From NCBI GenBank assembly GCA_963789465.1, contig CAWBLL010000019.1, positions 580,787-644,786 of the forward strand: 64,000 bases of DNA. The letters run 5' to 3'. Positions 9,826 through 21,026 of this stretch are shown here, piece by piece. The notes beneath the pieces were generated by a model. That model saw only the letters and a program-made list of their open reading frames with translations. It was not told the DNA's origin and searched no databases. The DNA comes from an uncultured Bacteroidales bacterium. GTDB taxonomy: Bacteria > Bacteroidota > Bacteroidia > Bacteroidales > VadinHA17. The translations under genes and the position numbers were made by a program. Numbering within the stretch: the first letter of the stretch is position 1; every line of letters begins with the position of its first letter.

Positions 9826-12800
9826 TCAGCTCTGGCCTGACCTTCTCCTTCTGGCAACCATCGCTTCGCCTGAGTCGAGTAATTTTTTAAGCAGCCTGAA
9901 GTACAGAGCCAGATAAAGCAGAAGTATTATAATCCAGAGAACAAATACATTAATTATATATGTGTCGGCATACCATCCGAAAACTCTCTTTTCAGGACTG
10001 TAAAAATGAGCCTTTATGAATCTGAATTCAGGATCCATGAATATAGGGTCCATTTTCTGAAACAATTCCCCTTTGAATTCAATTATTTTGGTCGGCTCAT
10101 TTTTGTTTGTTACAAATTCCTCAAGAGATGCGTTATGGTATTTATTCCTCAGTGTCTGATAGGCATTACCATCCTGCATCTGTAGCTTTTCGACGAGAGA
10201 ATTCTTTTTTGAATCGGCAAAATTATAATAATCAATGTAGTAGCGTCTCAATCGCTCTATGAGATTACTGGCAGCGGCAGCTATCTCCGGAGTAATCATT
10301 TCAGGAGTCAGGGAATTGGCATAACCAAATTCAAGTTTCGGCAGTGCATTAAGCTCTTTCTTTATCTCATTCGAGACTACCAGCAAATTATTGTCAAAGT
10401 CGCTGCTGCGATTACCGCTTTCCAGATCATTTGCAATCCCATCAAGTTTAAGCTTAAGATTATTGCACCAGAAATTCCGTTTGAAATTTCCCTCGCTTTT
10501 CATCTTATCATAATCGTAAAATTGCCTTTCAAACTGGTTGCCTGTGAACTGTTTCACCGCAAGCGCTTCATAGCCCCAGCGGGCAGTGATTAGTTCTCCG
10601 TAAAAGGGTATTACCGTTGGGGAAGAGATATTTGGATTGAGTTTTTCGAATTTTACTATCACGCCACTTAAAATGATTTGTGGAATGACGAGGAAGGGGA
10701 TAAGGATATAAATTGTGACTACTGTTTTGAAGCTGTCAGAAATAAGCAACCCAAGCATGTTGGCTCCTGCCCAGCATGAGAAGAGTATCAGCCAATACTC
10801 GAACATCATGCCTCTGATCCCGGTTATGCTGTTGCCAACCAGCACAAAGGCAAAGGCTTGTATGGCAGAGATTATAATCTGAACAAAGACTTTAGACATC
10901 AGATAGCTGTTCCAGCTAAGATTGAGGAACGCCTCCCTTTTCAGTATTTTGCGATCCTTGATGATCTCCTCGGCGCTGACAGTCAGTCCCATAAAAATTG
11001 CAACGATAACGGACATGAAAATGTATATGGGAAGATTGCTGTTGTCAAAAAGAGTATATCTGGCATGTTTTGTACTTTCATCGAAATATCTGATAAGAAA
11101 AGCCAGGAAAAATGCCAGTATTGGCGCCTCCAGGAGAGTGATGATCAAATACTGGGTATCAGAAATCTTTGACAGCACATCCCTCTTTGCGAAAATAATA
11201 AACTGACTGAACCTGTTGGGGGTCTTGAAATTTATCTCCGGGATGGAACCTCCCGGTTCCCTCTTGTCCTCCCTCTTTTCAGATTTGTAAAGACTGCTCC
11301 AGTCAGCAGGGGAGATCCTCCGCGTATCGGTAGGCTGACCGCTCTCCGTAAAAACCCTGGTCTCGACAATATTGAAAATCTGTTCCGGATTTACATTACC
11401 ACAGACATAACATTCACTGGCGTTGTAATTTGCATGTTCGATCTTTCTTTTGAAATATTCTATTGAGTCAATTGGATTCCCGTTGTATATAAGGTATCCC
11501 CCGGTATCAAGAATGATAAGCTTGTCGAACATCTTGAATATTTCGGAGGAGGGCTGATGTATTACTATGAAGAGCAGTTTTCCCTTCCTTGCCAGCTCCT
11601 GCAGGAGGTCGAGAATATTCTCAGAGTCCCTGGAAGATAATCCTGAGGTAGGCTCATCAAGGAACATTATTGCTGGTTCTCTTATTAGCTCCAGTGAGAT
11701 GTTCAGACGCTTTCTCTGTCCGCCGCTTATTTTTTTATTCAGTGGAGTGCCAACCTGGATATTTCTTATTTCGTAGAGCCCGAGATTTTTGAGTACGCTA
11801 TCTACCTTTGCGACTGTATCTTCCTCTGACAGATTATCAAAACATAATTTAGCGTTGAAATAAAGATTCTCAAAAACTGTAAGGTCTTCAATGAGAAGAT
11901 CATCCTGGGAAACGAATCCTATAAGTCCGGTTATCTTCTCTTTCTCCTTGTGTATGCTTATGCCATTGATGAGAACATCTCCGTCAGAAGGAGGATTTGT
12001 CCCGTTAAGTACATTCAGCAGAGTTGATTTGCCGGCACCGCTGGCACCCATTATGCCTACCATTCTCCCTGACTCTTCCTTGAAACTCATATGATGTATT
12101 CCGACTTCTCCGCTTGTGAACCGGTATTCCAGGTTATTGACCTCATATAATACACGGGAAGACTGAAATTCCTCCTTCAGGAATTGCTTGGTGATATCCC
12201 AGTAGTAAATGGGAGCAATCTTATAACCTTTTATGGATGATCCCTGCCCAAGAGGATACACTTTGTCTTCCTGTAGAAGTTGTCCATTCATGGTAAGCTC
12301 GCCCAGACCATGAAATCTTACAAAATACATCCTTATAGAGGGAACAAAAAGAATCCAGATATCTCCCTGCAAAAGATTCCTGAATATGTGTTTAACTTCT
12401 TTTGATCCAAAATTCTTTGTGCCATTAATTATCAAAAGATTGGAGGTTAGCCGGTATCTCACTGAACGGGTTAAGTACAAATTTTTCAATTAAACCGTAT
12501 TCCTCTGACGAGATATTCAGGCCCTCTGCAAGTGTAACAATAAAGCCCAGTTCGAGCTGGCTGACCTGCTGGCCTCCTGATTTGCAAAATTCAAGCAGTT
12601 GAATTACAACTACATTACGCTGAGTCTTGTCTAACTGACCCTGTTCATTTATCTCCTTGCAAAGCTTCTGTATTCTGATGGCAATGGCGCCTTCACGTCT
12701 TTCAGTACTGCTCTTCTCCAGCCTCTTACGGGCTTCTTCGTACTCTTTATCATATATGGAGAGATATTTCCTGACCAATTCCTGGTTCAGCATTCGCCTC

Positions 12801-12901
12801 AGAAAAGACTCAACCACTCCCCGTCTGTCGCTGTCATTCCTCTGTGGCTTTGCAATGATTGCAAACAGCTGCATCAGGGTTTCCAGAATCTTCTCGCTCA
12901 T
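9826..12901 (-). CDS. ABCG-type (ABC-2) ATPase-permease fusion with an N-terminal TerB-like domain, frame break near 12440-12450
   Basis: ORF 9826..12489 has Walker A GASGAGKST, signature ISGGQRKRLNI, Walker B IMFLDEPTSGLS, and then 6 predicted TM helices (ABC-2 type). ORF 12425..12901 overlaps it by 65 nt, and ...FSEIPANL reads on as LIINGTKNFGSKEV after a 1-nt shift. The TerB-like assignment of the first 150 aa is by pattern only (LLEFCKSGGQQVSQLELGFIVTLAEGLNISSEEY). Confidence 0.8.
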
Positions 12902-12962
12902 GTGAAGTCACTTTTTATTGCGGCATTGAAAGTATGAATATAGTTATTTGATGCAAATATTC

Positions 12963-13535
12963 CTACTTTTTTTTCTTCTCAACCGAATAGCCAAATTTGC
13001 CGATCAACTTGCCAAGCTCATAGTATTTACCATGTGAATAGCAGATCGGGACAGCTTCACTCAGCCTGAAAAGCCCCGTCTCCGGGTCAATGTATTTGTC
13101 ATCGGCATTTACCGCAACGACTTCGGAAATGAACATATGATGCGATCCCAACTCAATAATCTCTTTTACAACACACTCAATATTTACCGGCGATTCCCCG
13201 ATCATCGGTGCATTCACCTTTGAGGCAGGCACTGGAGTCAGCCCCATTTCACTAAATTTGTTGTACCTGCTGCCGGATTTTACTCCGCACCAATCAGTTG
13301 CATAAGCAAGTGATTTGGTTGTAAGATTAATAACATATTCTCCCCGGCTTTTAATAATCTCATAAGAATGCCGCAAAGGTCTGACCGAGATATAACACAT
13401 TGCAGGATCAGTGCATATTGTACCAGTCCATGAGACTGTAATAATATTATATTCCCCTGCATCTGCGCCGCAACTTACCATAACCGCCGGCAACGGATAT
13501 ATCATCGTGCCTGGCTTCCATATAATCTTAGACAT
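12963..13535 (-). CDS. Flavin reductase-like FMN-binding domain protein
   Basis: 190 aa: MIYPLPAVMVSCG...YNIITVSWTGTICTDPAMCYISVRPLRHSYEIIK..GEYVINL is typical of the flavin reductase (Flavin_Reduct) family. Confidence 0.75.
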   Translation of the reverse strand: MSKIIWKPGTMIYPLPAVMVSCGADAGEYNIITVSWTGTICTDPAMCYISVRPLRHSYEIIKSRGEYVINLTTKSLAYATDWCGVKSGSRYNKFSEMGLTPVPASKVNAPMIGESPVNIECVVKEIIELGSHHMFISEVVAVNADDKYIDPETGLFRLSEAVPICYSHGKYYELGKLIGKFGYSVEKKKK

Positions 13536-13683
13536 GCAAAAACTTTTGCTGCTAAAGATAATCCTATTATAAACAGCATAAAACTAAATTATGCTGTCAT
13601 CTTAACACACTAAAAATTTAAATATATGACAAAAAGGCAGAAGGGGGTAAGTCTGATCTGTCTTTCACTTTTTCAAAAGTTTA

Positions 13684-13896
13684 TCAGGCAGCAGTTTCCC
13701 TTACTTTCTCATCCCGATGTATTCCATCCTTCATAATATTGGATATTTTATCTTTCAGATTGTCGACATATTCTTCTCCCTTATTAACAATTTTCTTACG
13801 GGTAGAAGTACCTTTTTCTGGTGCGAACAATATGCCAATCAATGCACCGGCAGCCAATCCTGCCAATGCTCCCAAAATAATTTTCCCTCGTGACAT
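13684..13896 (-). CDS. YtxH-domain small membrane-associated protein
   Basis: An internal ATG at 13896 gives MSRGKIILGALAGLAAGALIGILFAPEKGTSTRKKI..., the YtxH signature. The longer 123-aa ORF has an implausible N-terminus. Confidence 0.7.
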   Translation of the reverse strand: MSRGKIILGALAGLAAGALIGILFAPEKGTSTRKKIVNKGEEYVDNLKDKISNIMKDGIHRDEKVRETAA

Positions 13897-14397
13897 GATA
13901 GTAAATTTATTATAATTTTCAAAAAAAAGAGTTAAACTCATTATATTTCCATAATAACCAGATTCGGGATACCTGTTATCCTTTACCTCATGGCCTTCCG
14001 GTGTTATGGAACAATGAAAGATATTGTAAGCCCAGTATCTTTCGTACATGTACATCCGGTCCTGAAACAGCTTAACAAAGACCGGTGACCCAATTGTTTC
14101 TTTTTAAAGTCACATAAAAACCGGACTTTCTTACTAAACAGAAATCAGAACAAATAGTTCACTAAAATTGCCGGATTTCCCTTAAAAATAAAAGATCTTA
14201 GCATAAGAGGGGTATTTTTGAAAAACCTGACTTTTGTGAAGTTTTCAGTGACCTTTTTTTTTGAAGAATTGAGACCAATAGACCATACGTCCTGAACCTG
14301 TTTCCTGACAATGACTGGTGGGCACGCACAATGCTATCTTCCCATGAGATGGAAATGGTACAACATTTGAAGGCTATGATATCAAAATAAGATAGAA

Positions 14398-16999
14398 ATG
14401 AATTTGAACAATTTTACATTAAAGGCTCAGGAATCGGTTCAGCAGGCATTCAATATTGCCGGCTCAAAGGGCCAGCAGTCGGTAGAATGCGCACATCTTC
14501 TCAAGGGCATTATGAGTGAAGCCGAGAGTATTACAAGTTTCCTTTTCGGAAAACTGGGAGTCAGTACTGGTGCCATTATGAAGGAGATCGATGCACTGAT
14601 CGACACTTATCCCGAGAGTTTCGGGCGGTGAATCATATATTTCATCCACAGCATCTGAAGCCCTTCGCAAGGCGGGTGATCAGGCGGCAAAAATGAAAGA
14701 CAAATATGTGTCGTCTGAACACCTGCTCATGGGCATCCTTGATACCAATGACAGGGCAGCGGCTGTACTTAAGGATCAGGGCGTTACTCTGAAGGATCTG
14801 AAGGCTGCTGTTGCTGAACTGCGCAAGGGAGCTACAGTGGACAGCCAAACATCGGACGATACGTTCGATGCATTGAACAGGTATGCCATAAACCTGAATG
14901 ATCGTGCCAGGTCAGGAAAGCTCGATCCGGTAATAGGACGCGATGATGAGATAAGGCGCATACTGCAGATACTCACCCGAAGGACAAAAAATAATCCTCT
15001 TCTGATCGGTGAGCCGGGGGTAGGAAAGACAGCCATTGCAGAAGGCCTTGCTCACAGGATAATCAGAGGTGATGTGCCGGAAGATATTAAATCAAAGGTC
15101 ATTTATTCCCTGGATATGGGAGCACTGGTGGCTGGCGCCAAGTATAAAGGGGAATTTGAAGAGAGATTAAAATCTGTTGTCAATGAAGTGATAGGTTCAA
15201 ATGGGGATATTGTATTGTTTATTGATGAGATTCACACCCTTGTGGGAGCCGGAAAATCTGAAGGTGCCATGGATGCGGCTAACATACTCAAGCCTGCCCT
15301 GGCAAGGGGAGAACTCAGGGCAATAGGCGCAACAACATTAAATGAATACCAGAAATATTTCGAGAAGGATAAAGCCCTTGAACGAAGGTTCCAGGTGGTA
15401 ATGGTACAAGAACCCGACAGAGCGGATTCAATATCTATCCTGCGTGGAATAAGGGAGAAATATGAAACCCACCATAAAGTAATTATCAGGGATGAAGCCA
15501 TCATTGCTGCGGTAGATCTGTCAACCAGGTATATCACCGACAGGTTTTTACCCGATAAAGCCATCGATCTTATTGATGAAGCTGCATCCCGTCTCAGACT
15601 GGAAATGAATTCAGTACCTGAAGAAATAGATGCTGCCGAAAGAACAATAACCAGACTTGAGATCGAAAAAGAAGCGATACGAAGGGACGGAGATACCATA
15701 AAAGCTGATAAAATTTCCAGGGAACTTGGGGAAATGCAGGCAAAACGTGACGAACTGAAGGCTGGGTGGAAATCAGAAAAAGAGATGATCGAAAAAGTCC
15801 AGGCAAAAAAAGAGGCTGTTGAATCTCTTCGGTTTGAGGCTGAACAGGCTGAAAGGTCAGGCGATTACGGCAGGGTGGCAGAGATAAGGTATGGCAAAAT
15901 AGTTGAACTGGAGAAAGAGATTGCTGACCTTAAGGAACAGATTGATAAGAAAAGAAGCAAGGGGTCACTCATACAGGAAGAGGTCAGATCGGAAGACATC
16001 GCTGCCATTGTTTCCAAATGGACAGGCATACCCGTATCCAGGATGCTCGAAAGTGAGAAGGAGAAACTCCTGAAGCTGGAGGATGAATTGCACCGGACAG
16101 TTGTGGGGCAGGAGGAAGCTATTTCTGCAGTAGCCGACGCCATAAGGAGATCAAGGGCCGGTTTGCAGGATCAGAATAAACCCCTCGGATCATTTATATT
16201 TATTGGAACAACAGGAGTGGGGAAAACTGAACTGGCCAGGGCACTTGCCGGATTGCTCTTCAATGATGAAAACATGCTCACGCGAATCGATATGTCTGAA
16301 TATCAGGAAAGACATACGGTATCACGTCTTATCGGGGCACCTCCCGGATATGTGGGATACGACGAAGGTGGACAACTCACGGAAGCAGTAAGACATAAGC
16401 CTTACTCAGTGGTTCTGCTTGATGAGATTGAAAAAGCCCACCCTGACATTTTTAACCTTCTTCTCCAGGTCCTTGATGATGGGCGGCTGACTGATAATAA
16501 AGGCCGGACGGTCAATTTCAGGAATGTGATCATAATTATGACCTCAAATCTTGGTTCCGATATAATAAGAGATAAAATGGAGAAATGGCATAACAGTATG
16601 CCGGAACATGAGGAGGAATTGTTGCGGAATGAGATAATGTCACTTCTGAGAAGATCATTCAGACCCGAATTCCTTAACAGGGTCGACGAAATTGTGATGT
16701 TTCATCCACTGAACAATGAACAGATCAGAGAAATCGTACAAATCCAGCTGAGAAAAGTAGAAAAAATGCTGGAAGACTACAATCTTAAAATGGTTGTTAC
16801 CGATGCTGCTCTCGATTGGCTTTCAGGCAGGGGATATGATCCGCAGCTTGGTGCAAGACCTGTAAAACGGCTTATCCAGAAGGAAATAATCAATGAATTG
16901 TCGAAAGAGATAATAAGCGGAAAACTGGTTTCTGAAGGCTCAATAAGGATTGATGCTGCCAATGGGCATCTGCTTTTTAGTGCAGGCGTAAAAGAATGA
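14398..16999 (+). CDS. clpB: ATP-dependent chaperone ClpB, frame break near 14611-14613
   Basis: [22 protein letters not shown]...DTYP, then after a shift [38 protein letters not shown]. It has two AAA+ modules (GEPGVGKTA and GTTGVGKTE) with a long coiled-coil middle domain. The break is at a CCC run. Confidence 0.93.
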
Positions 17000-17005
17000 G
17001 AGAGG

Positions 17006-17341
17006 CTATCTTAAAGTTCTGATACACACATCAATGTCATCATAGATCTGAAATACCGTATGTAGGTGAAGTGTCTGGAAAAGCTCCATTATAGGGGGAG
17101 CGGGATTCGCGAATTTCAATACGCTGTAGTTGTTTTTGGCCGTTCTCATGACAGAAAGGAAACACCCGAAGCCTGAACTGTCAATGTATTCCACTCCATT
17201 GAGATCGATGATCACTTTTGAATTTGAAACTTCGAATACTTTATTGATCAACTCCCTGATTTCATCGGTGACCATGGCATCGATCCGACTGACATTGAAG
17301 GTAATGATATCTATTTTATCCCTCTTCTCAATACTGATCAT
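17006..17341 (-). CDS. STAS-domain protein (anti-sigma-factor antagonist-like)
   Basis: 111 aa: ...VIIDLNGVEYIDSSGFGCFLSVMR... carries the DSSG motif. Its ATG directly abuts the stop codon of the upstream Hpt gene (TGAATG). Confidence 0.8.
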   Translation of the reverse strand: MISIEKRDKIDIITFNVSRIDAMVTDEIRELINKVFEVSNSKVIIDLNGVEYIDSSGFGCFLSVMRTAKNNYSVLKFANPAPPIMELFQTLHLHTVFQIYDDIDVCIRTLR

Positions 17342-17704
17342 TCAAATTATGTTTAACTGCCTGTTTACAAGATCTTCCAATTCTTCAACAGCCGATCGGG
17401 TCTCAGTCTGAAACCTTAATATATAGGACTCATACAGCTCAGGGTCTTTTTCCTCCCTTGCCTGCAGCTCAAAGGTTTTCAACATTGCAGCAAGATCATT
17501 CATACCCATGATTGAGACAGATGATTTTGCCTTATGTGCCAGTAATCCGAGTAATTTGAAATTTTTAGCACTGTAGAGTAGTTTCATCTCCTCTGAGATC
17601 TCAACCGTTTGTTCTTTGAACAGGTTAACGAGCTCACTGATAATTTCACTATCGCCTCCTGACACTGAATCAAGGTATTCTGTGTTTATGAACTTGTAAT
17701 CCAT
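17342..17704 (-). CDS. Single-domain Hpt (histidine phosphotransfer) protein
   Basis: 120 aa predicted to be helical (by eye), with LLGLLAHKAKSSVSIMG. This is the HxxKGS-type Hpt motif containing the phospho-accepting His. Confidence 0.7.
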   Translation of the reverse strand: MDYKFINTEYLDSVSGGDSEIISELVNLFKEQTVEISEEMKLLYSAKNFKLLGLLAHKAKSSVSIMGMNDLAAMLKTFELQAREEKDPELYESYILRFQTETRSAVEELEDLVNRQLNII

Positions 17705-17905
17705 ATCTGATCGAGTCTTAATTCTTCATTAAAATGAATGTAACTTAAGGCAAATATAATAATATTTTTGTTCGGTCTGAGGGTTGTTGCCAGATGCCAC
17801 TATTCATTTTCATCATGGCTTGGCTTTCCAGTTGAACAAAATAAGTACTATTTTTACTGGCGGAAAAGAAATAGTTTGTGACCCGTTAATTAGCCGGAAA
17901 GATTA

Positions 17906-19012
17906 ATGAAAAATACTCCATTTACAGAATTTCACAAAGAAGCCGGAGCAAGGATGATTCCGTTTGCCGGATTTAATATGCCTGTTGAATATACGGGTAT
18001 TACTGAAGAACATATTGCAGTAAGAAAAGGAATAGGTGTGTTTGATGTTTCCCATATGGGAGAGTTCCAGGTCACCGGGCCGTCATCACTTGAATTTCTT
18101 CAATATATCACATCCAATGATGTTTCATCACTTGTAGACGGTAAGATACAATACTCATGCTTTCCCAATGGCAGAGGGGGTATTGTGGATGACCTGCTGG
18201 TTTACAGGTTCGGGGATGAGAAGTTTATGCTGGTTGTAAACGCGTCAAATATTGAAAAGGATTATGAATGGTGTGCAAGGCACGCTGCCAGGTTTGGGCT
18301 TGAACCGGGCAGGGATCTTGTTAATGTTTCCGATAATACTGCACAGCTTGCGGTTCAGGGTCCCCTGGCACTGAAAGCGATGAAAAAACTAACCTCAGTT
18401 TCAGTTGAAGATATGGAATACTATACCTTCAATGTAATAGATTTTGAAGGGGTTGGGGATGTGCTATTTTCCACGACCGGTTATACGGGATCCGGAGGTT
18501 GTGAGATCTATGTCCCAAACGAAGACGGACCAAAATTGTGGAAAGCTGTTTTTGAAGCTGGAAAGGAATATGGTATCAGGCCTGCAGGTCTTGGTGCAAG
18601 GGATACACTGCGCCTGGAAATGGGATTTTGTCTTTACGGGAACGATATTGACGACCATACTTCCCCTATCGAGGCAGGGTTGGGATGGATAACCAAGTTT
18701 AATGACAGCAAGGAATTTATTGATAAGGATCTGCTGCTCAGGCAGAAGGAAGAGGGAGTCGATAAAAGGCTGAAAGGTTTTGTAATGGTTGATCGCGGGA
18801 TACCGAGACAACACTACGAGGTTTTCAATTCCTCTGGTAAGGTGATAGGAGAGGTGACCTCCGGTACCATGTCTCCTATGATGAAAGAGGGTATAGGCAT
18901 GGCGTACCTGAAAAATGGCTACTGGAAGCCTGATACAGAAATATTTATACGTATAAGGAATAAGGATCTCAGGGCCAGGGTTGTAAATCTTCCATTTTAT
19001 AACCAGACCTGA
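17906..19012 (+). CDS. gcvT: Glycine cleavage system aminomethyltransferase (T protein)
   Basis: 368 aa: TPFTEFHKEAGARMIPFAGFNMPVEY.GITEEHIAVRKGIGVFDVSHMGEF...GYTGSGGCEIY...GLGARDTLRLEMG. Confidence 0.93.
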   Translation: MKNTPFTEFHKEAGARMIPFAGFNMPVEYTGITEEHIAVRKGIGVFDVSHMGEFQVTGPSSLEFLQYITSNDVSSLVDGKIQYSCFPNGRGGIVDDLLVYRFGDEKFMLVVNASNIEKDYEWCARHAARFGLEPGRDLVNVSDNTAQLAVQGPLALKAMKKLTSVSVEDMEYYTFNVIDFEGVGDVLFSTTGYTGSGGCEIYVPNEDGPKLWKAVFEAGKEYGIRPAGLGARDTLRLEMGFCLYGNDIDDHTSPIEAGLGWITKFNDSKEFIDKDLLLRQKEEGVDKRLKGFVMVDRGIPRQHYEVFNSSGKVIGEVTSGTMSPMMKEGIGMAYLKNGYWKPDTEIFIRIRNKDLRARVVNLPFYNQT

Positions 19013-19116
19013 AACTATTCCGTGATTCTGCGTCGATATGCATGCTTCGCAGGAAACCATTGCCTGCTGTTTTCGTCGGAGTGCAAAGACTAAAATGATT
19101 AAAGTGACCTGCAATT

Positions 19117-19839
19117 ATGGTGCAAAGAAAGCTTGAAACCTGTTTTTCCCCGGCTTTATATCATCCGGATGATCATGTTGATTCAATAGTTATTATTCTG
19201 GATGTCTTACGCGCATCTTCTGCCATATGTACCGCATTTGCAAACGGAGCTTCCTCCATTCTTCCGGTAGCAAGTGTCTCTGAAGCCCGCGAGTACAAAT
19301 TAAAGGGATATCTTGTTGCTGCCGAGCGTGACGGATTTGTGCTCGACTTTGCAGATTTCGGCAATTCCCCCTTTAATTTCACAAGAGAAAAAGTTGAAGG
19401 AAGAATAATAGTCTACAGCACAACCAACGGCACAGGAATCATCAACCAGGCTGCTTCAGCCTATATAATAGCGATAGGGTCTTTCCTGAATCTGGGCGCT
19501 ATTACAGCATGGATCCTGCAACAGAAGAGAGATACCCTCTTATTTTGCGCCGGGTGGAAAAACAAGTTTAACATCGAGGATACAATCTGTGCCGGAGCCA
19601 TTGCTGAAGGGCTCATGAATAGCGGATTCTTCCATACTATATGTGATTCCACTCATGTCGCAATGGACCTGTGGTCGATGGCCAGACCGGATCTGCATGG
19701 ATATATAGATAAGGCTGCCCAAAGAAGCAGGCTGAGAGATAAAAATCTCGACGATTGCATTGAATTCTGTCTGACAATTGATTATACAAATAAAATTCCT
19801 GTAATGAAAAATGGATTTCTTGTTGATAATATTTTATAA
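19117..19839 (+). CDS. 2-phosphosulfolactate phosphatase (ComB) family protein
   Basis: 240 aa: VIILDVLRASSAICTAFANGASSILPV...VAAERDG...DFGNSP...STTNGT is the ComB-family pattern. Its physiological substrate in a non-methanogen is unknown. Confidence 0.7.
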   Translation: MVQRKLETCFSPALYHPDDHVDSIVIILDVLRASSAICTAFANGASSILPVASVSEAREYKLKGYLVAAERDGFVLDFADFGNSPFNFTREKVEGRIIVYSTTNGTGIINQAASAYIIAIGSFLNLGAITAWILQQKRDTLLFCAGWKNKFNIEDTICAGAIAEGLMNSGFFHTICDSTHVAMDLWSMARPDLHGYIDKAAQRSRLRDKNLDDCIEFCLTIDYTNKIPVMKNGFLVDNIL

Positions 19840-19888
19840 AAACGGGTGAATGGTGTTAATTATTTAACAACAAAGATCGATTTTTATA

Positions 19889-19896
19889 TATTTTTG
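19889..19896 (+). promoter_or_regulatory. Bacteroidota-type -7 box (TATTTTTG) upstream of serC
   Basis: TAnnTTTG match 50 nt upstream of the ATG at 19946. Confidence 0.4.
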
Positions 19897-19945
19897 TAGA
19901 AGAAACGCAAACCGATTTTTATTTATTAATCATAAATATTGCATT

Positions 19946-21016
19946 ATGAAGAAACATAATTTTTATGCTGGTCCTTCAATACTGCCTCAGTACACAATTG
20001 ATAAGACCATTGAAGGAATAAAGGATTTTGCAGGTACAGGTTTATCCATTCTTGAGATTTCACACAGGAGCAAGGAATTTATAGCCTGTATGAATGATGC
20101 TGTTTCACTTGTCAGGGAATTATTGGAGGTTCCCTCCGAATATAAGATCCTTTTTCTTGGCGGTGGTGCCAGCATGCAATTTGCAATGGTCCCTATGAAT
20201 CTTATGATTTCAAAGGCAGCTTATCTGAATACAGGCGAATGGGCCAGCAAGGCAATCAAAGAAGCTAAATTCTTTGGAGAGGTAGTTGAGGTTGCATCAT
20301 CAAAGGACAGGAATTTCAGCTATATCCCGAAAAATTATTCCATTCCTTCAGATGCAGATTACTTCCATGTTACAACAAATAATACAATTTTTGGTACGGA
20401 ATTAAAAAAAGATCCTGACGTAAAGATTCCTCTTATCGCCGATATGTCATCCGATATATTCAGCCGTCCGGTCGACGTTTCCAAATATTCAATAATTTAC
20501 GGAGGCGCCCAGAAGAACCTGGCTCCTGCCGGAGTTGCACTTGTAATAGTTAAGGAAGATATACTTGGAAAAGTTGCCCGGCCGATACCGTCAATGCTGG
20601 ATTACAGGACTCATATCAAGGCTGAATCTATGTTCAATACTCCTCCGGCTTTCGCTGTTTTTGCCGCACAACAGACGCTGACATGGCTTAAGGACATGGG
20701 AGGAATCAAGGTTATGCAGAAAAAGAATATCGAAAAAGCAAAAATTCTTTATGACGAAATAGACAGGAACAAATTATTTGTACCCACAATTAAAGATCCT
20801 GAAGACAGATCGATTATGAACATCTGTTTCGTAATGGCTGAAGAGTACAAGGAACTGGAGGCACCTTTCGCTGATTTTGCCAAGTCAAAGGGGATGATCG
20901 GTATTGCAGGTCACCGTTCAGTTGGAGGATTCAGGGCATCAACATATAACGCCCTTCCCAGGGAAAGCGTCGTAGCCCTTGTAGATGTTATGAAAGAATT
21001 TGAATCAAAGAATTAA
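19946..21016 (+). CDS. serC: Phosphoserine aminotransferase
   Basis: 356 aa: [15 protein letters not shown]...EISHRSKEF...GGGASMQF...[13 protein letters not shown]. Confidence 0.92.
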   Translation: MKKHNFYAGPSILPQYTIDKTIEGIKDFAGTGLSILEISHRSKEFIACMNDAVSLVRELLEVPSEYKILFLGGGASMQFAMVPMNLMISKAAYLNTGEWASKAIKEAKFFGEVVEVASSKDRNFSYIPKNYSIPSDADYFHVTTNNTIFGTELKKDPDVKIPLIADMSSDIFSRPVDVSKYSIIYGGAQKNLAPAGVALVIVKEDILGKVARPIPSMLDYRTHIKAESMFNTPPAFAVFAAQQTLTWLKDMGGIKVMQKKNIEKAKILYDEIDRNKLFVPTIKDPEDRSIMNICFVMAEEYKELEAPFADFAKSKGMIGIAGHRSVGGFRASTYNALPRESVVALVDVMKEFESKN

Positions 21017-21026
21017 AACCTATACT

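Noticed and set aside
14108-14130. GAAAGTCCGG on the minus strand, resembling the RNase P RNA CR-I motif, in the long clpB upstream region
   Set aside because: Only about 10 nt match, and the GGGC continuation and other universally conserved RNase P regions are absent within 400 nt.
14258-14290. TTGAAG-N16-CCATAC, resembling a proteobacterial sigma-32 heat-shock promoter, upstream of clpB
   Set aside because: The spacing and the -10 element are off-consensus, and I am not aware of RpoH-type heat-shock promoters in Bacteroidota. I treat it as coincidental.
17705-17905. Glycine riboswitch expected upstream of gcvT
   Set aside because: I could not find the conserved glycine-aptamer core (GGAGAG...CACCG...ACUCUGGAGAG-type elements) on the gcvT strand. 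The region is simply AT-rich.
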